This document shows, one piece after another, positions 37,832 to 51,474 of a stretch of 64,000 nucleotides of DNA. The position numbers and the translations under genes were made by a program. Below the pieces are notes generated by a model that saw only the letters and a program-made list of their open reading frames with translations, was not told where the DNA came from and ran no database searches. The DNA is from Marsupella aquatica (Eukaryota; Plantae; Marchantiophyta). The stretch lies in the NCBI GenBank assembly GCA_973895155.1, contig OZ316897.1, positions 19,595,224-19,659,223 of the forward strand, read 5' to 3'. How positions within the stretch are numbered: position 1 is the first letter of the stretch; each line of letters opens with the position of its first letter.

Positions 37832-38699
37832 TCTTGAAGTGAACATTTTGATTTAAGGCAAGAAAGGTCAGTTATCAATGGATTAAACCCTTGAACTCTG
37901 TGTCTCAATCATTCTATCAGTAGTTGTTGCTGAAATCATTGCGTCTTGGTATCAAAGTAGTGTGTGTATGGAATGGGAGAATGGCTGGATTATAAACTCA
38001 GCTAGCACGTCGGTGATCGACCCATAAATCTGTCCGGAAATTCTGTGGGGCAACGTTTTGAGGTGCAGGGGGCCGGCAAATCTGTACAGGAGAATGCAGA
38101 GTTATTGGATGTCAATATCAGTATTACACCTGGTTTGAGACAGTGAATTGAAGGCTATGCTAAGGGGAGATGTCCAGGTCCAGTGTGAGCACAGCTTCCC
38201 TGACGCCGGGCCACCACTTCTTGTCAATGAGGCTGTTCATCCTGGGGGCCAAGTCAGTTCGCTTCTGTATATCTTAGACCCCGGGAAATGGTCATGGCTC
38301 TATCAGTGTATTTGGACCAGAGTGTTGACTCAGCAATACGCACGAGCAACAGCCTGGGCAGACGCCAACCACCAAGATAAAAATACCTTTATATTGTGTT
38401 TATTGCGTGTGGAAGGTGGACGATGGGGGTATATATCTCTTCAAGGGCGATGATAAAACTTTTGTATTCGTATAGTATTGGTGCTACCCTGACACTGGCT
38501 GCTAGGTCATAGTTATGGGTTTTAGTGAGATTTCTAAGTACTAGCTTAGATTAGCGTCTGTCCTGTTGACGCCTCAGCTCTCCTGGGTGATCTGCTCCGA
38601 GCTTAGAGGGACCTCAAAATAAAGAGATCAGCTTCGATCCAAGATTTCTGACCGTTTCCTTGCAAAATCGGGACGACTGAGAGCAGTGAATTATCTAAC

Positions 38700-41600
38700 A
38701 CGCAGCTAGCTCACTACGTGTGTTATGTATCTTAACCAACTATAGGGTGAGATTGGTGGATGCTAGAAGAATGCTCGATGGTTTTCTTCATGAAACAGAG
38801 TTGTGCAATGTCGCCCAAGTGCTATATCATATTAAGATGTCCACACAACGATCAAGAAGACAATCCACTGGATCGAGGAATCTAACCGTTAGTTTCGGGT
38901 GTAATACCTAGTGATCAGTAGTTTATGCTGACATTACACGGTTATTTCTTGAAAACTGTTTTAATTGGTGATTGTATCCCGATAGTCCTCTTCCTTTGAA
39001 AAATATTTCCAGGGTGTCCAATGGGGTTAACATAGTAGGTATTGCAATTTGGATAATATAGGGGTACTTAAATTTGCATCAAATAGGCAAATTAATACCA
39101 AATTCGTGTCCGATCCTCACTATAATTATTACGCACTGATGAAAGTTTTTCCAGACGATGCAAGAGTACGTATTCCCTTGTTCCATCATACTTGTGAACA
39201 GTTGGTGTGGAAGATCAGATTGGTTACATAATTTAGCTTAGCCAGGGCAAGGTCGATCAACACTGGGCTTGGGCTTGGATCATCTCAATGCAATTGTGAG
39301 GGAATTCAAATCAACTTGACAAAACCTAATGCTGAGCCTCTGTGATCTTAATAAATTAAACTACCAAGTAATGCTTTCACTCTAAGTCCCTTTTTTTTCA
39401 CTCTTTGGCTCACTCCAAGATTCATAATCAGACTGGTTAATTTTTTAATTTATTTATACATCTGGAATATTTGCGCGAAGTCTGGAGTACTGTATTTGAC
39501 ACATGAACATGTCTGTTGTTGGACAGTGTTTTAGTGAGTGATTTACGTAATGCATCCGGTCAGGTCATTCGTGTCCTTCAAAAGTTATGTGCTGAGTTGG
39601 TTTTACGTCCGATGCCAATATGGTATTATGGTACAGATAACTGGTGCTGAAGTGACCTCGGTGTCAGCAATAGCCAGGCATCTTGATTCTGGATTACCTC
39701 CCCCGGACAATGTCTCTGCACTGTTGTAAGCTCGCACTCTCGTCAAGACAGTGTTTGAATATTTTCGCCAATGGTCTTTCTGCAACTGCCTGCTTCGGTT
39801 TTTCAAAGATAAATTATCCGCTTGCCATTTGCTGCTTGCATCTGATTGGCGTCGTTTGAGTTATTGATATTTTGTCTTCAAAGCTCTCTTCTTTAGGAAA
39901 TGATTTCATGTTTGGCTGGACACTAGTCGAGAAGCTTTTTGGAAAACAGTAAGAAGTCACTATGTCTGTACCAGCCACTCCAGCATACCGAGTCAATAGT
40001 GAAACTCTTAGAATTGCATAACCATCAGTTATAGGGTCCTTATCAATGAATTGGGGTAGAGTCCATTGGCTGCCAGGTGTTTCCTTCTTCACTGAAGTGA
40101 CATGTGTTAACATATAATAATCCTTTCCGATGCTCATTTCTAAAATCAATGATACGAAGAAATAATTCCATGTGGAGTTGACTTGTCTTCGGATTGGTGC
40201 ATCCATATGAACAATGGATGCACAGGAATGTTAGTGATGTCCTTTTCAGCCATTACCAAAAAAGGTTATTTTCATAATGACTGACTATGGATTCCTTGGC
40301 TTCTGTTTCGTAACTTCCCGACTTCCCCTTTGGAATGACAGCCATCTGGTTATAGTCTCAAAGATGTACTGCATTCTATTCCATGATCAGACATATTTTA
40401 CCGGTCATATTTGTTGCGTTACAACGTCCTTCTCCTAGGAGATTTGCTGATACTCATATCTGATCCTAAAACTCCCCTGAACAGGTGGGCTGGCGGGTAC
40501 TGCATGTCCACAAAAGGGGCAGTTGAAGTTGAACGTAGTACGTACACAGGATGCAAAGCATGGTTACTTGGTGGGCCCTTCTCTCTTATGCGAATATCTA
40601 TCTCATGTCTAGTCAAGAATTATCAGGTTATTATCAGTCTAGGTTGTCAACTGGTTCACGTCATCAATGGTGAGGGTTACAAAATTTCAGAAATAAACTG
40701 CCACCGAGATTCCTGTGCGCACTAATTGTTTTTCGGCTCGTAGTTTGTACAAATGCATTCGTTGTTCCATGTCTGTAGACAAGTTTAGCTGATCACTTTT
40801 GTTGTCATCTTATTTTTTCCCGTCTTGAGAGAGGTATTAGCGCCATGAAGTGTCTCTCTAATCAAAGCAGAAATTTTATATTTGCTTTTTTTCACACCCT
40901 GCATGCGAATGTTGAGGTATGTTGCAGGTAACCTTTTTCCTGTAGGGGGAAAGGCCAAAATGTTCTTTTGGCGCTTTTGCTGGGGTTCACGAGGAAATAA
41001 AAACCTTTGCATTAGATGCCGGGTGCACGAGGTGAGTCTATTATTTCAGGAAAAGCTGGGGATCTTTCCCAGTTATAAACGATCTGAACTAGAGGGACAA
41101 TTGTTCATTGTTTGGCCAGGTAAAGATTGCTCACCTCATCAAGCCGAGATCTCTGTCGTATCTTTCGCTCTATAAGCTTCTGCGTGGGGATTCTGTTCCA
41201 GGGAAAGGATGCGAATTCGGCAGACAACCGAAGTTCAATACCAGAGGCATTGTGCGGCGTAGCCGTCATGAGGCATTTTTTAACTCAAGTGATGCGCGCT
41301 CAAGGGAGTTTCGTGCGTGTTGAGGGATCGAGTAAACCGGATTGAGGCTTCGAGCTAAGCTATGAATTGCCATAGTTCACTGGGTCTTTGTTTGAGCTGA
41401 ATTGCATCAACTCCTAGTGCTGCACCTTGGAGATTTAGGAATGACGGAACAACACCATCGAGCTTTGAGAATTGCAGCTTGGTCCACAATGCTGTAAAAT
41501 TTCCAGTCATGCTTGTTGCGTGTAACATAACATTCTTCTCCTAAAAGGCGCGCGAGGTTCAATCTTAAGCAGGCAGCAAGTGATTTGCAATCAGGTCCTT

Positions 41601-43200
41601 CCATTGAGGGTCAAACTGACTTTACAGAGGGATGGAGATACAGGTATCGAAGTTCGGCACGAATTGAGCCATTTCCTTGCACGCAACCGTGGATGTTATT
41701 GTTATCCAGACATAAAACCCCTATGCTTTACTACATTGTAACTGTGCAGCTGCAGAACTTTTCTGTTGTGTATCATTTCTGTTCATGTTGAAGACCTTAA
41801 ATTGAAGAATGTTGAAACTGTATTCGATTTTCTTTGCATTGTTCTACCGTTAATTTGAGATAAACTTAAAAACTCACGCCAAAGGATCTCCGCGATCTCT
41901 GTCTGGCATGCCATGAACAGTTGGAACTGGTAAACACATGCAACTTGCACTATATTTCTCTTTGTCAAAGGCCAGATTCACATTTAATTCAGCTACAGAC
42001 TCCTTATCCCACCACAAATGATCCCCTCTAAAAACAAATCTCGCAAATATATCTAAGGGACCTACTAACTTGTCCAATGCCTGCTCCACACTAGCTTAAA
42101 TTGAGATACTACTGGGCAAAAACCATGCTCGCAGGCGGTTGTAAACATCTGCATCCTTCTTGCAGGACTATATGTTCAACATCTTGCACCACCTTGACAA
42201 AGACAGCATCCTCTTAACGATCTGCTAAAAAACATTGTAGGCTCCCTGGTCACTTCTCTTGCTACTGCTATTGCCTCGTAGCTTGTCTGTTAAAATATGA
42301 AGAGATAGAGAGTGTTCGAATCCAATTTGTGAAAGTGCAATGCCAAGCTCGCCAAATTGTCGACCAGCAACATTAATTCAGTCAGGGCTCCGGGCATGAG
42401 TTGCTGTATGTTAAAATATTTCGTTCCTAATAGGCCAACGCCTTGTTGACCGAAATGAGAAGGGGGCAGCTCCCGTCTGTGGACTTGTCGAGCAGAAGGG
42501 AACGGTGGCGCGATGTCGGGGAGCTGGAGCTCTCGCTTGGAGGAGAGACTAGTGAGGACAGCGTTCCTAGCACTTATTAGAATTCAGTAATGGCCTCCTT
42601 GAAGGTGACCCCGTATAAACTTTTTTCAAGGTGAGGTCGACAACTTAGCTCTCGTCAGTGGCGGCTGAACTTGTCCAGGCCCCTATATTTGCAGATAGAG
42701 CTGACGGTCTCAAAGTCCTGATGGTACTCAGTTAGACTTGTCATCGGCTCCGTTCCCTGCCTCCCTTGCCTATGATCCTTGTCGAGGGAGTCTGAGGGTG
42801 AAACACTCGTTCTGAGTATTTTATTGTTCAATTTCAGTGAAGACCTTCCAAGGTAACTTTTTGAGATTAAAAACTGATTGATGTATGGTGACTTTCCCAC
42901 CTGCAGGCTTCTTATTGTGGGACCAGGATTTGGGTTGCACCATAAATTTTAGCCGTTGACTGATCCTTAAGTTCCTTTTGATCGAGATAACCGACTCTCA
43001 CGCTTTTTTCTTTTGCCTTGGATGTTAGATCCCTAGGTATCCTCATCTTTAGTTGGCTAGCCTACAGTGTTGCAAACGATGGTCGTTGCATGGTCCGAAG
43101 TTGATCGTCTACTACTGATAGGTGTATCTTCTTTCGGTTTCAAGACGATGCAGTAGCTAGGAGGGCAGCCATGTCGGACAAAACCCATGGGCCCAAAGAG
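38700..43200 (-). mobile_element. Possible very old LINE (L1-like ORF2) relic
   Basis: Only faint, ordered motif echoes on the minus strand (GSCPFSF..W, QTEIAEILW, EGPDCK...LLGEE, VIPK) amid many stops. No clear RT catalytic motif. Confidence 0.2.
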
Positions 43201-43603
43201 GACCGATACGGCTCTCATTTTTACGCCCCTCTCGCTGTGGAATCGTGTCTTTGATCATTAATAGAGTTTACGGAACCATTGCTAGTATTTTGAGCAGGTA
43301 GGGGCAGGTATGCCAGGTGATTGCTTTTGGTAACAGAGTGCATGCAAGGAATGTTGAAATTCAATGATATCAAGACTTCGACAGCTCCTTTATTGTTAAA
43401 TGTATGTGTATATGCATATGATATCATGTGTTTGGACCGGTCACTAGGAATTGAAATGTTTGGAAGTGTTCGTTTCCTTGCTCTCGTTCTCGTTCTCTTA
43501 GAGGATAAGATTTGAATGTGCCTCGTAGCTAGCACTCTCAGGATTGTAGAAGAGGTGCTGATATTTCTTTCGCTTGATTCCCCTTTTGCTCTGGAAGGTT
43601 GAG

Positions 43604-45705
43604 ATGCCAGAAACATAGCCTACCATAGCATTGCTGGGGGCTGTCCTGTTTGTGCGCTCCGATTATGTGCCCTGCCTACGAGAGATCTCCGAGATTGTAT
43701 CGTTGCGAGCAATCTGGAGTCGGTCTGAGGTTCATGCCTGCCAGCTTTGTTTATTCTCTGCAATGCTTATTAATATTTGTCAAGCAAATACAGAATTGCG
43801 AAACCAAAGAGAAGGTAGAATGTGGTTTCCGTACGTTTGCACAGAAGTCTGCTAGGCAATGGCGACCACATCTACAAAGTCACATCGCCTCTAACTATTC
43901 CAAGGAGTACGATACGTCATACGCCTCATGTATTGGTTTGAACATTATTTACGCCATTCGGGTACAATTACTGTAGTTATCCAAATCTGCTTACGATGTT
44001 ATCTACTTCCCTGCTTGCAAACAGGAATCTGCAACAGCGACGGCAGATCTGGTGAAATACTTTGCCTCGGATGAAATGGGGAGAGGCTGGATTGAATGAG
44101 ATATTTGTCGATGAGAGCATTGACTCTGTTGCAATTGTGCTTTCTGCGACAATTCAGGTTTGAACGTCTAGTTTAAGTATTTTCTCTAAATTGCAGTTTC
44201 TAGGTGCAGAATTGAACTTGACCTTTTTCTTTCCTGAGTAATTGAACAATCAACGAAATGTGAACAGTGCATCTTAGATTTCAGGGCGTGATAGCAGCCG
44301 CGCGCATACAAGATACAGTCATTGTGGATCGTGCATTAGATGCAGCTCATGACTTGGTGTCCTTTGGTGATGTCAGCTGGATATCGTACTCAGAGCCCTT
44401 GAGGCAGGAAAGCATGTGCTACAAGGTCGGTCACCCAAGTGATCATTTATGACATGATCGTTTTTTATCTTCAAAAACTCGGATTTTTTTGGTTTAATAT
44501 ATATATGAAGGCTTTTGTGCCACATCTGGTCTTGTACAGACATGGCAGTGCCCAGGTTCACGGGGCCAGTGCAACTCAGTAGAAGAATAGGGAAATTGCG
44601 TATTTCTTCTTTTTGGTTACTAATAAATGTAAATGTCATGAGGGATCACGTTTATCGTCATAGTGTGAACTTAATTACTTTCATTTCGAGAAAAAGTTGC
44701 TTATTTTTCTACAAGTTTGTGACTGTGATCCTCTACATCAACTGCTGGCGATGAAGAAAAACTTGTTGGAACGTGTAAGTGGTTTCAAAGGGTTATCTTT
44801 CTTTGAATCAGCATGCTACTATGTCGAGAAGAAAATCGTGCGTACATAGTGTTAGTGTAGATGTATTACTTCGCGTGTACATTTTGTCTTTAATTTCAAA
44901 TAGTGCCATGCCTATTGAACGCGTGCTGTCTTACAGCTGTCCTTCAAGTGTTTTTGCAACCAATGAACCCCTGTCTTTGTCCGGAGGGAAGCCAATATGG
45001 GCAGTTGATGAAAATTACCGGTTCGAAACAGCCTTTAATGAGGTAATTAAACTCCTGTAAATGGAAGTAATGGTGATTGTTACCTTTACTAATGAGTAGT
45101 GTATTTGGACTTCCTTTTGCCTTGCAACCTAACTTACCAACCTAACTTACCAACCTTGTGTAGTACTATTTCATATAGTGAGCGGATTGTGTCATAGGGA
45201 CTACCCCTTGGCTGGGGTTGGCAATTTGATTGTACCTGGACCAAAGGTGGCAATGTCAGGGGCCGAGTCGTAGTTCCTTGGCTGGTATCAGAAACTATAT
45301 TCTCTTATGTGCCTCTTGTTACGTCTCTTCACTGCAGGCGGCTAGTTGGGTGAAAGAGATCGGAGAGCTCACAGCTGTCCATGTGACAGCCTATTGCCCT
45401 ATGAATGAATGAAGAAAACATGTATTTTGAAAATGCAACCACTTCTTGGCGAAAAGATTTCAAGGTTATTATAGTCGTGGAAACTTATTATTAAATAACT
45501 AAGTGATGATTATAGGAAAGGTATAACCTCATGATCCTCTCTGTGCCTAAAACTGCATGTGCTTATCAGGCCCTTCCAATCAGAGTTTATGGGAAGTTTC
45601 AATGAGATATTCTGATCCATGCATGTATCGACACAGGCTAGGGCGGTCTTCCACTGGATGGAGGAGTGCACTTTAACTATTGTACGAGGATTGAATGCGT
45701 AGGCT
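43604..45705 (+). pseudogene. Gfo/Idh/MocA-family NAD(P)-binding oxidoreductase (At3g20790-like) pseudogene with introns
   Basis: Exons read MPET*PTIALLGAVLFVRSDYVPCLREISEIVSLRAIWSRSE | ESATATADLVKYF/(frameshift)MKWGEAGLNEIFVDESIDSVAIVLSATIQ | LDIVLRALEAGKHVLQ | ...KPIWAVDENYRFETAFNE | AASWVKEIGELTAVHV...MNE* | GGLPLDGGVHF. It has stops, a frameshift and a Rossmann GAG to GAV change. Confidence 0.85.
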
Positions 45706-48700
45706 CATTTGCTCATCATTTTGCTTGGCAACCAGGTCGCGAGATGTTGCTGCATCATTGTCATTCTGCACCACGTACTGTTTGTACACAATATTATTCT
45801 GTCCCCACGCCGCCTTGTCAAAACTTAAGATCAGGCTGGAGCTCTCCCACCTTGATCCTCCGCTACTGTCGTTGCAGAGGAAGATTGTATGAAGTTTCCC
45901 GCTCCATCTCTTTTATTTCAAAGTGAGCCTAATCTGCAAACATATTCTGACCATCGTCGCTTTGTGACCAATCTTTGTAGGATCAAAATCGAATTCCAAT
46001 GATCATCCTTGACTGTCACACGGCCCAAAATTCAGATTAAATTAATTTGCATCTCCTGGTGAATCAGTATCATTTCTAAAATCCTGCTCAAGCTGTACAC
46101 TACAGTCGTAACTCTAACTGCACACTCCATAAGGGAAAACCCTGGCTAATTGCAAGGTGTCCTGTCCTTCCTTCTTCTTCCCTTGGAGTGCAAACAGACT
46201 AATAATATATCAAATGGCCAGGGAGGCTTCCTGCATTTCATAAATAGACCAGGGGAAAGAAAGCACTACTGCATATTATTCAGAACCAAAATTTATTTTC
46301 AAGTGCACCTTATGAACGTTGGTCTACCACTGTAAATTGGGTCCTGGGCGTCCTGACATGATCTAGTGATAGTTTGAGTCAATTCAGAAAATGACTATTT
46401 GTTGTGGAGCCTATAACTGCAGTGTCGTAATGTTGGTCATTTTCACTTTTACTACTCATAACTCAAGTTTTATCATTAGGCAGACAAAGGGTGCCTAATT
46501 GTTGTTCTTCTTGACTTCCCCACCGAATTTCTGTGTGGACTGCACTAATATGAAATGCCTATTCAGGTTGTTTCTTGCCCGTCTTGGCTCCCTGACACTC
46601 ACCTCATCATTCAGTCGTTAAACACGATTTGGACGACTTTGCCTAGGAATCAGGTTGTCCTTTGTGCTGGCTTTTTGCCACTCACCTAATTGGTTCTCGA
46701 GGCACATTGATGTTTGCCTGGGTTAACTTTGGGTAATCACATTATGGTGCTATCATGGTAGGTACTGGGTATCAGTGTAGTTTTAATTTTCTTTAAAATA
46801 ATTTTCATCAGGATGGCTAAGAATATTTTTGATCTAATTTTTACTGATCAATATGTCTTACTCACAGGGAAAAACTGTCACATGCCCCTGTCGGAAATCA
46901 AATTTATCCTACCTTATGTGTGACTTTTACCTAGTTTGTTATTGGTGTTCTTAAGTCCTACTTACAAAAAAGACAATAGTAGAGTATTTGTATTTTCCTT
47001 TGGTAATAAGTGGGTTTTTGCCTATTCTCTTGTGTTCAGACAGGAATTTGTATACTTACCTACAAACACTAAAACTGCTCATAAATCTTCAACCAGAGCA
47101 TCAATTTGGGCTATAAAAATTGTGTCAATGAATTCTAAATGGGTAATGATGCATGAATCATTACCTAACAGTCTACATAAACAATACACGTACCTTGTTC
47201 CACTTAAAAGTATTAAAAGTACCCAAAGATATCCTCAGGAATTACTACATAACATACTGGGAAACTTAATTCCAACGTGGGGTCCCACTTTAAATCAGAA
47301 CTCGGAGAAGCTCCTATATTCAGAAGTGGGAATGTATGCAATTCTACCACTTTGCGCGTTCTCCTACTTATTTGTCAAAATGATAGGAGAAACTTCAACA
47401 AAATGGGAGTATGTCCCACATGGGAAGGTGATAGATCTGCCTTGTGACTCTTAGATTTCCCTAGATTTCAGACTAGCTGTCAAAATGGGGTCTGTGGGTA
47501 GATGGTAAACTGGCAAATCTAAGAGAAAAAGCCTAAGAGACCCGTGAAGACTTTCACTGAGGTGGAATTTGACAACTTTTTGCCAGTATAGGAAACACTG
47601 CTGGCTATTACCATAGGGACAATACGGTTAGCTTAAACTAGAATTGATCACTGAAAACCTCAGTCCGTAACTAAGTATTGAGAAAATTTTACAATGCATA
47701 TTTAGTAAGATTCTAAACATTGTGATGTAAAACATTTATTTATCAGGATATACAATGGTTTTTTAAATTAGAAAATTCAAAGAAATTATTTGTTGCATTG
47801 TGCTAGAATTTGAGCCATTAAAATATTAACTTTTCCCGCAGAGCAAGCACAAACCTGACAGTACGTATGGTACCCGGTCTTCTTGGACTCCCATGAAGTT
47901 TTTGCATGACTAATAAGTGCTTAGCAGCCCACTTTGACACGGTCCTTCTGATTTATAATTTGGACTGCTTGCTATGGTCCACATAATTACGCGTGGCGAC
48001 TGGAAACACTCTTTTCATTTAGTATTGTTACTCGCAATTATTAAGCCATTGTGCAGCCTACAGAAGAATTCGAACTGGAGACTAGCTGGAGTGAAATCTG
48101 GTACATTAACCAGTGACATCGAAGACACAGCCTAATGCCCTCACCTTTTGCTTCGATCATGGCCTAATGGGACTCTTGTAATGTTCTACAAAATCTAATT
48201 CCAGACTTGGTCAGTTACTTTATTTATAAGGGGCTAGGCCCGCTTGCAAAAACTTTCTCCAATCAAATTTTTTAAGGTGCCACTTTCTAGGAGAGGAACA
48301 ACACCCAAGACATGCTTTCCCAATGCAGTGTGAAGGAGACACGTGTTGGTCTTCCCAGCCAGGTAGACCGGTAACTTAACAAATTTTAGTTTTGGGGGCC
48401 CACATTCTTTTGCCGCTCACCACGTGTAGACCACGTGACATTGGAACACATGTCCAGTTGCCTCCTCACTATTTTGCTTTTTAAAATGTTTTTTTGCCCA
48501 ATTTCAAGTGATAAGAAGATTGTGTATTTGTGGTGCCTTTTCTTCCTCTTTTTGTCCTGAAATCCAGCTGGACCATATAAACCATTACTATGTTCGATTA
48601 GAACTCTCCAACTGAATGTCCCCTTCTCCCTCGGGTGACATTTATGTATATGGTAAGAGACTTACCCTGGTGACTTAACTGTTATATTCTTACATTATGA

Positions 48701-51474
48701 ATATAATTGGTACTTGTCATGGGGAGGTGAAAGGGCGGCAAGAGAAAAAAGAAATGCTGGATCCCACATGCAAGATCCAGGTACTAAGTGCTTATCAGAG
48801 TCATGTCTAAGTGTAGGCTCCCAGGAAGACACCCAAGCCTACAGTTATCCACGTAAGCACTTCCCAATGAGTGCGGGGAGTTAAGTTATGCACTTCTGGT
48901 TATGTGAATAATTGCAGGAGTGCGACACATGCAGTTCGAGGACTTAGAGAAAAAGAAATGAGGGCTTGGCCACCTCCACCCGGCCTAAGCCAGTCCTCCA
49001 TGCTCAATATCTTGCCCTTAATTTCAATCACTCAGAGTTTGGGTGCAACCTGGAATTGCGATATATGCTGTGAACCTGCTGTAAGGTCCCCACACCCACA
49101 CGTACACCTTGGACCTTGTACCCACCACCCTCATACAACTCCTTACAAAGTGGATAAGTGCATGTAACTTGTGTCTTTGCGAGCTCTAATCAATAAAAGC
49201 ACTTTGTGTGCTCCCTGCAGTAACTGAGAATTTCACATACTTATTTGTGCATTTAGACATGGTGGACTCTATCGTCCTGGACAAGACATCTATTACAACA
49301 AGGGGGTCCTGCCCCTTTTCCCTTGTTGCAAATGAGGTTCACTAAAACATTTCCTTGTGTAAAGACACGCCAAGGTCTAACTTGGGATTGAGCTTGGTCA
49401 AAGCTTCTTGCATTAGTGATCTGAGCTTGTGAACCTAGAGTTGACGTACATTGAGCGCTCTAATAGCAGGACAAGCCTGGACGAGGGCTGGTCGCGCGGG
49501 CAGCTGAACCCACTATCATCTCATCATTGCAAGGTCTAGGAATGCTCGTCCAGAATCAAGATTGATGGTGTGAATTCATGATGAAAGTTCCTGAGAACTC
49601 ATTTACTGTTGCCCATTGGGTCCCGCCATTCAAGGTGGCCTATTATCGTGGGCTGCCCAGCGCGCATAGAAGGTGTACGTGTTTACATTTCCATACGCTA
49701 CAGCCCGCATAGAAGGGTCTTCACGTTTCCATACGCTACCTATTGTGTGCAGATCCACACCAGTGCAAAGTTTGCTTGACATTGGTTGTCCGAATAAGCA
49801 TAATCTAGTAGAATTAGTCTTCATTGGAGCAGGTGAGATAGCTTAATAAATCTACCAGTTCTTTTGCACAAACCCCCATCCAAAACGCACTTTGCACACA
49901 AAGATTTGATAGTTGGAAAATCTCTAGGTCACTTTGATATCACATGTATGGAAACAGGCAGGTGGACAATATCTAAGAGCCGGGCCCAAAGGATTGTAAT
50001 ACATGATTTTTCCAGGAACCACCACCTGCATTTGTGTGAGATTTCTATTAGCAAAGAGTGAGGCATTTTCGGCCTGGCAGATATTGTAGCTTGCCTTGTA
50101 GGGCCATTGCAGAATAGCTTATTGGTGTGAGAACTCTGTTACCATAGAGTGAGAAATTTGCCACCTGGCAGATATTGTAGCCTGCCTCGAGTGCATTGCA
50201 GAATAATTTTTGACAATTTGCCATTTTTCGTTTGGGAATTAATCTAGGCCAATTTCTATTTATTTATAATAATAGGGGGGACCGCTCTGGAGGAAAGTAT
50301 GCAGCATGCTTAGATGTCCTTTCCTTTATTTCTCCCCCCGCCCCCCCCCCCCCCCGCTTAGTTTACTGAAATCTCTAATGGAGCCTCGAAGCATGCTTGA
50401 AGGTCCTCACCTTTCTTTTTCTCTATTGAACTCACGAAGTAAATTAACAAAAAGTATGCAGCACGCTTGAATGGCGCCTTTGTATACTAGCGCTAGTCAT
50501 ATTATATAGTATCACAAAGGAATGAAATTGAAGCTATGAAGTAAACAAAACTTAAGCAGTAAAGCGAACGCAAGATGCCAGAAAAGACGACACCAGTCCA
50601 CTCTTTGAGGCTAATCACAATATAATACCACGAGGGATTGAGATTGAAGCCACGAAGTAAGCTAGCAAAAAAGTAACACGTAGTAAAAGCAAACGTAACA
50701 TTCCAGAAGAGACACCAGTCCAATTTCTTTGGAAGATAACGTATGGAGTAACGTCAAAATGGGAAGGTGAACAGAAACCTTCCAAACTCTGTTGTTGCAG
50801 TGGGTCTAGCTGGTCTGCAAGCCATCAACTCACTCAAGATTCGGAAGAAGTGTCGATCAAACATGGAGAGGACTCTCTGGCTCGAAATTCGAGTTTCCAA
50901 GAGTCTTCCTAAAAGACTTATCCACATTACAATGTCAATCATTTCTCCACCCTTCATCATGTGGGTTTGATTTGCACAGCATTGCCCATTTTCATGAATA
51001 CTGCCATCTCAGAGAAGATTTTCCTTGGAACATACATTTAGATTGGACAAAAGCTACTGTAGATGAGGCTTCGTTATAACAGACAAACCGCATCAGTGTT
51101 AAAGAAGCAATGGTGTCTAAAAGTTTATCGTTGGATAACTGAGCAAGTAGAGGGCCCGCTGTGATTTGAGCTGGGGTCGATCATTGGGCAAAATGAGCTC
51201 CACACTTGGGTGGCTTTGAGCCCATGGTACAGGGGTGTCTGGTGGAAATTACTTCCCTGTAATTGCAGCATGGACACAAAATAGACCCTGTTGTATGCTA
51301 GATTATGTGAGGCCTCATCCTTTCATTACACACAGGAGATAATATTTACAGTGTTAAAAAGCAAGGAGGCATGTGATTTACATGGATTTCATCTTCAGAT
51401 AGCCATTTCAAGATTCTCATGTGTCACTCAAAAGATCGAATTGTTCTTGTTTTCAGAGTGGCAAACAAAATAAA

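Noticed and set aside
46936-47454. 172-aa ORF in AT-rich DNA
   Set aside because: Non-ATG start, no motif and no splice context.
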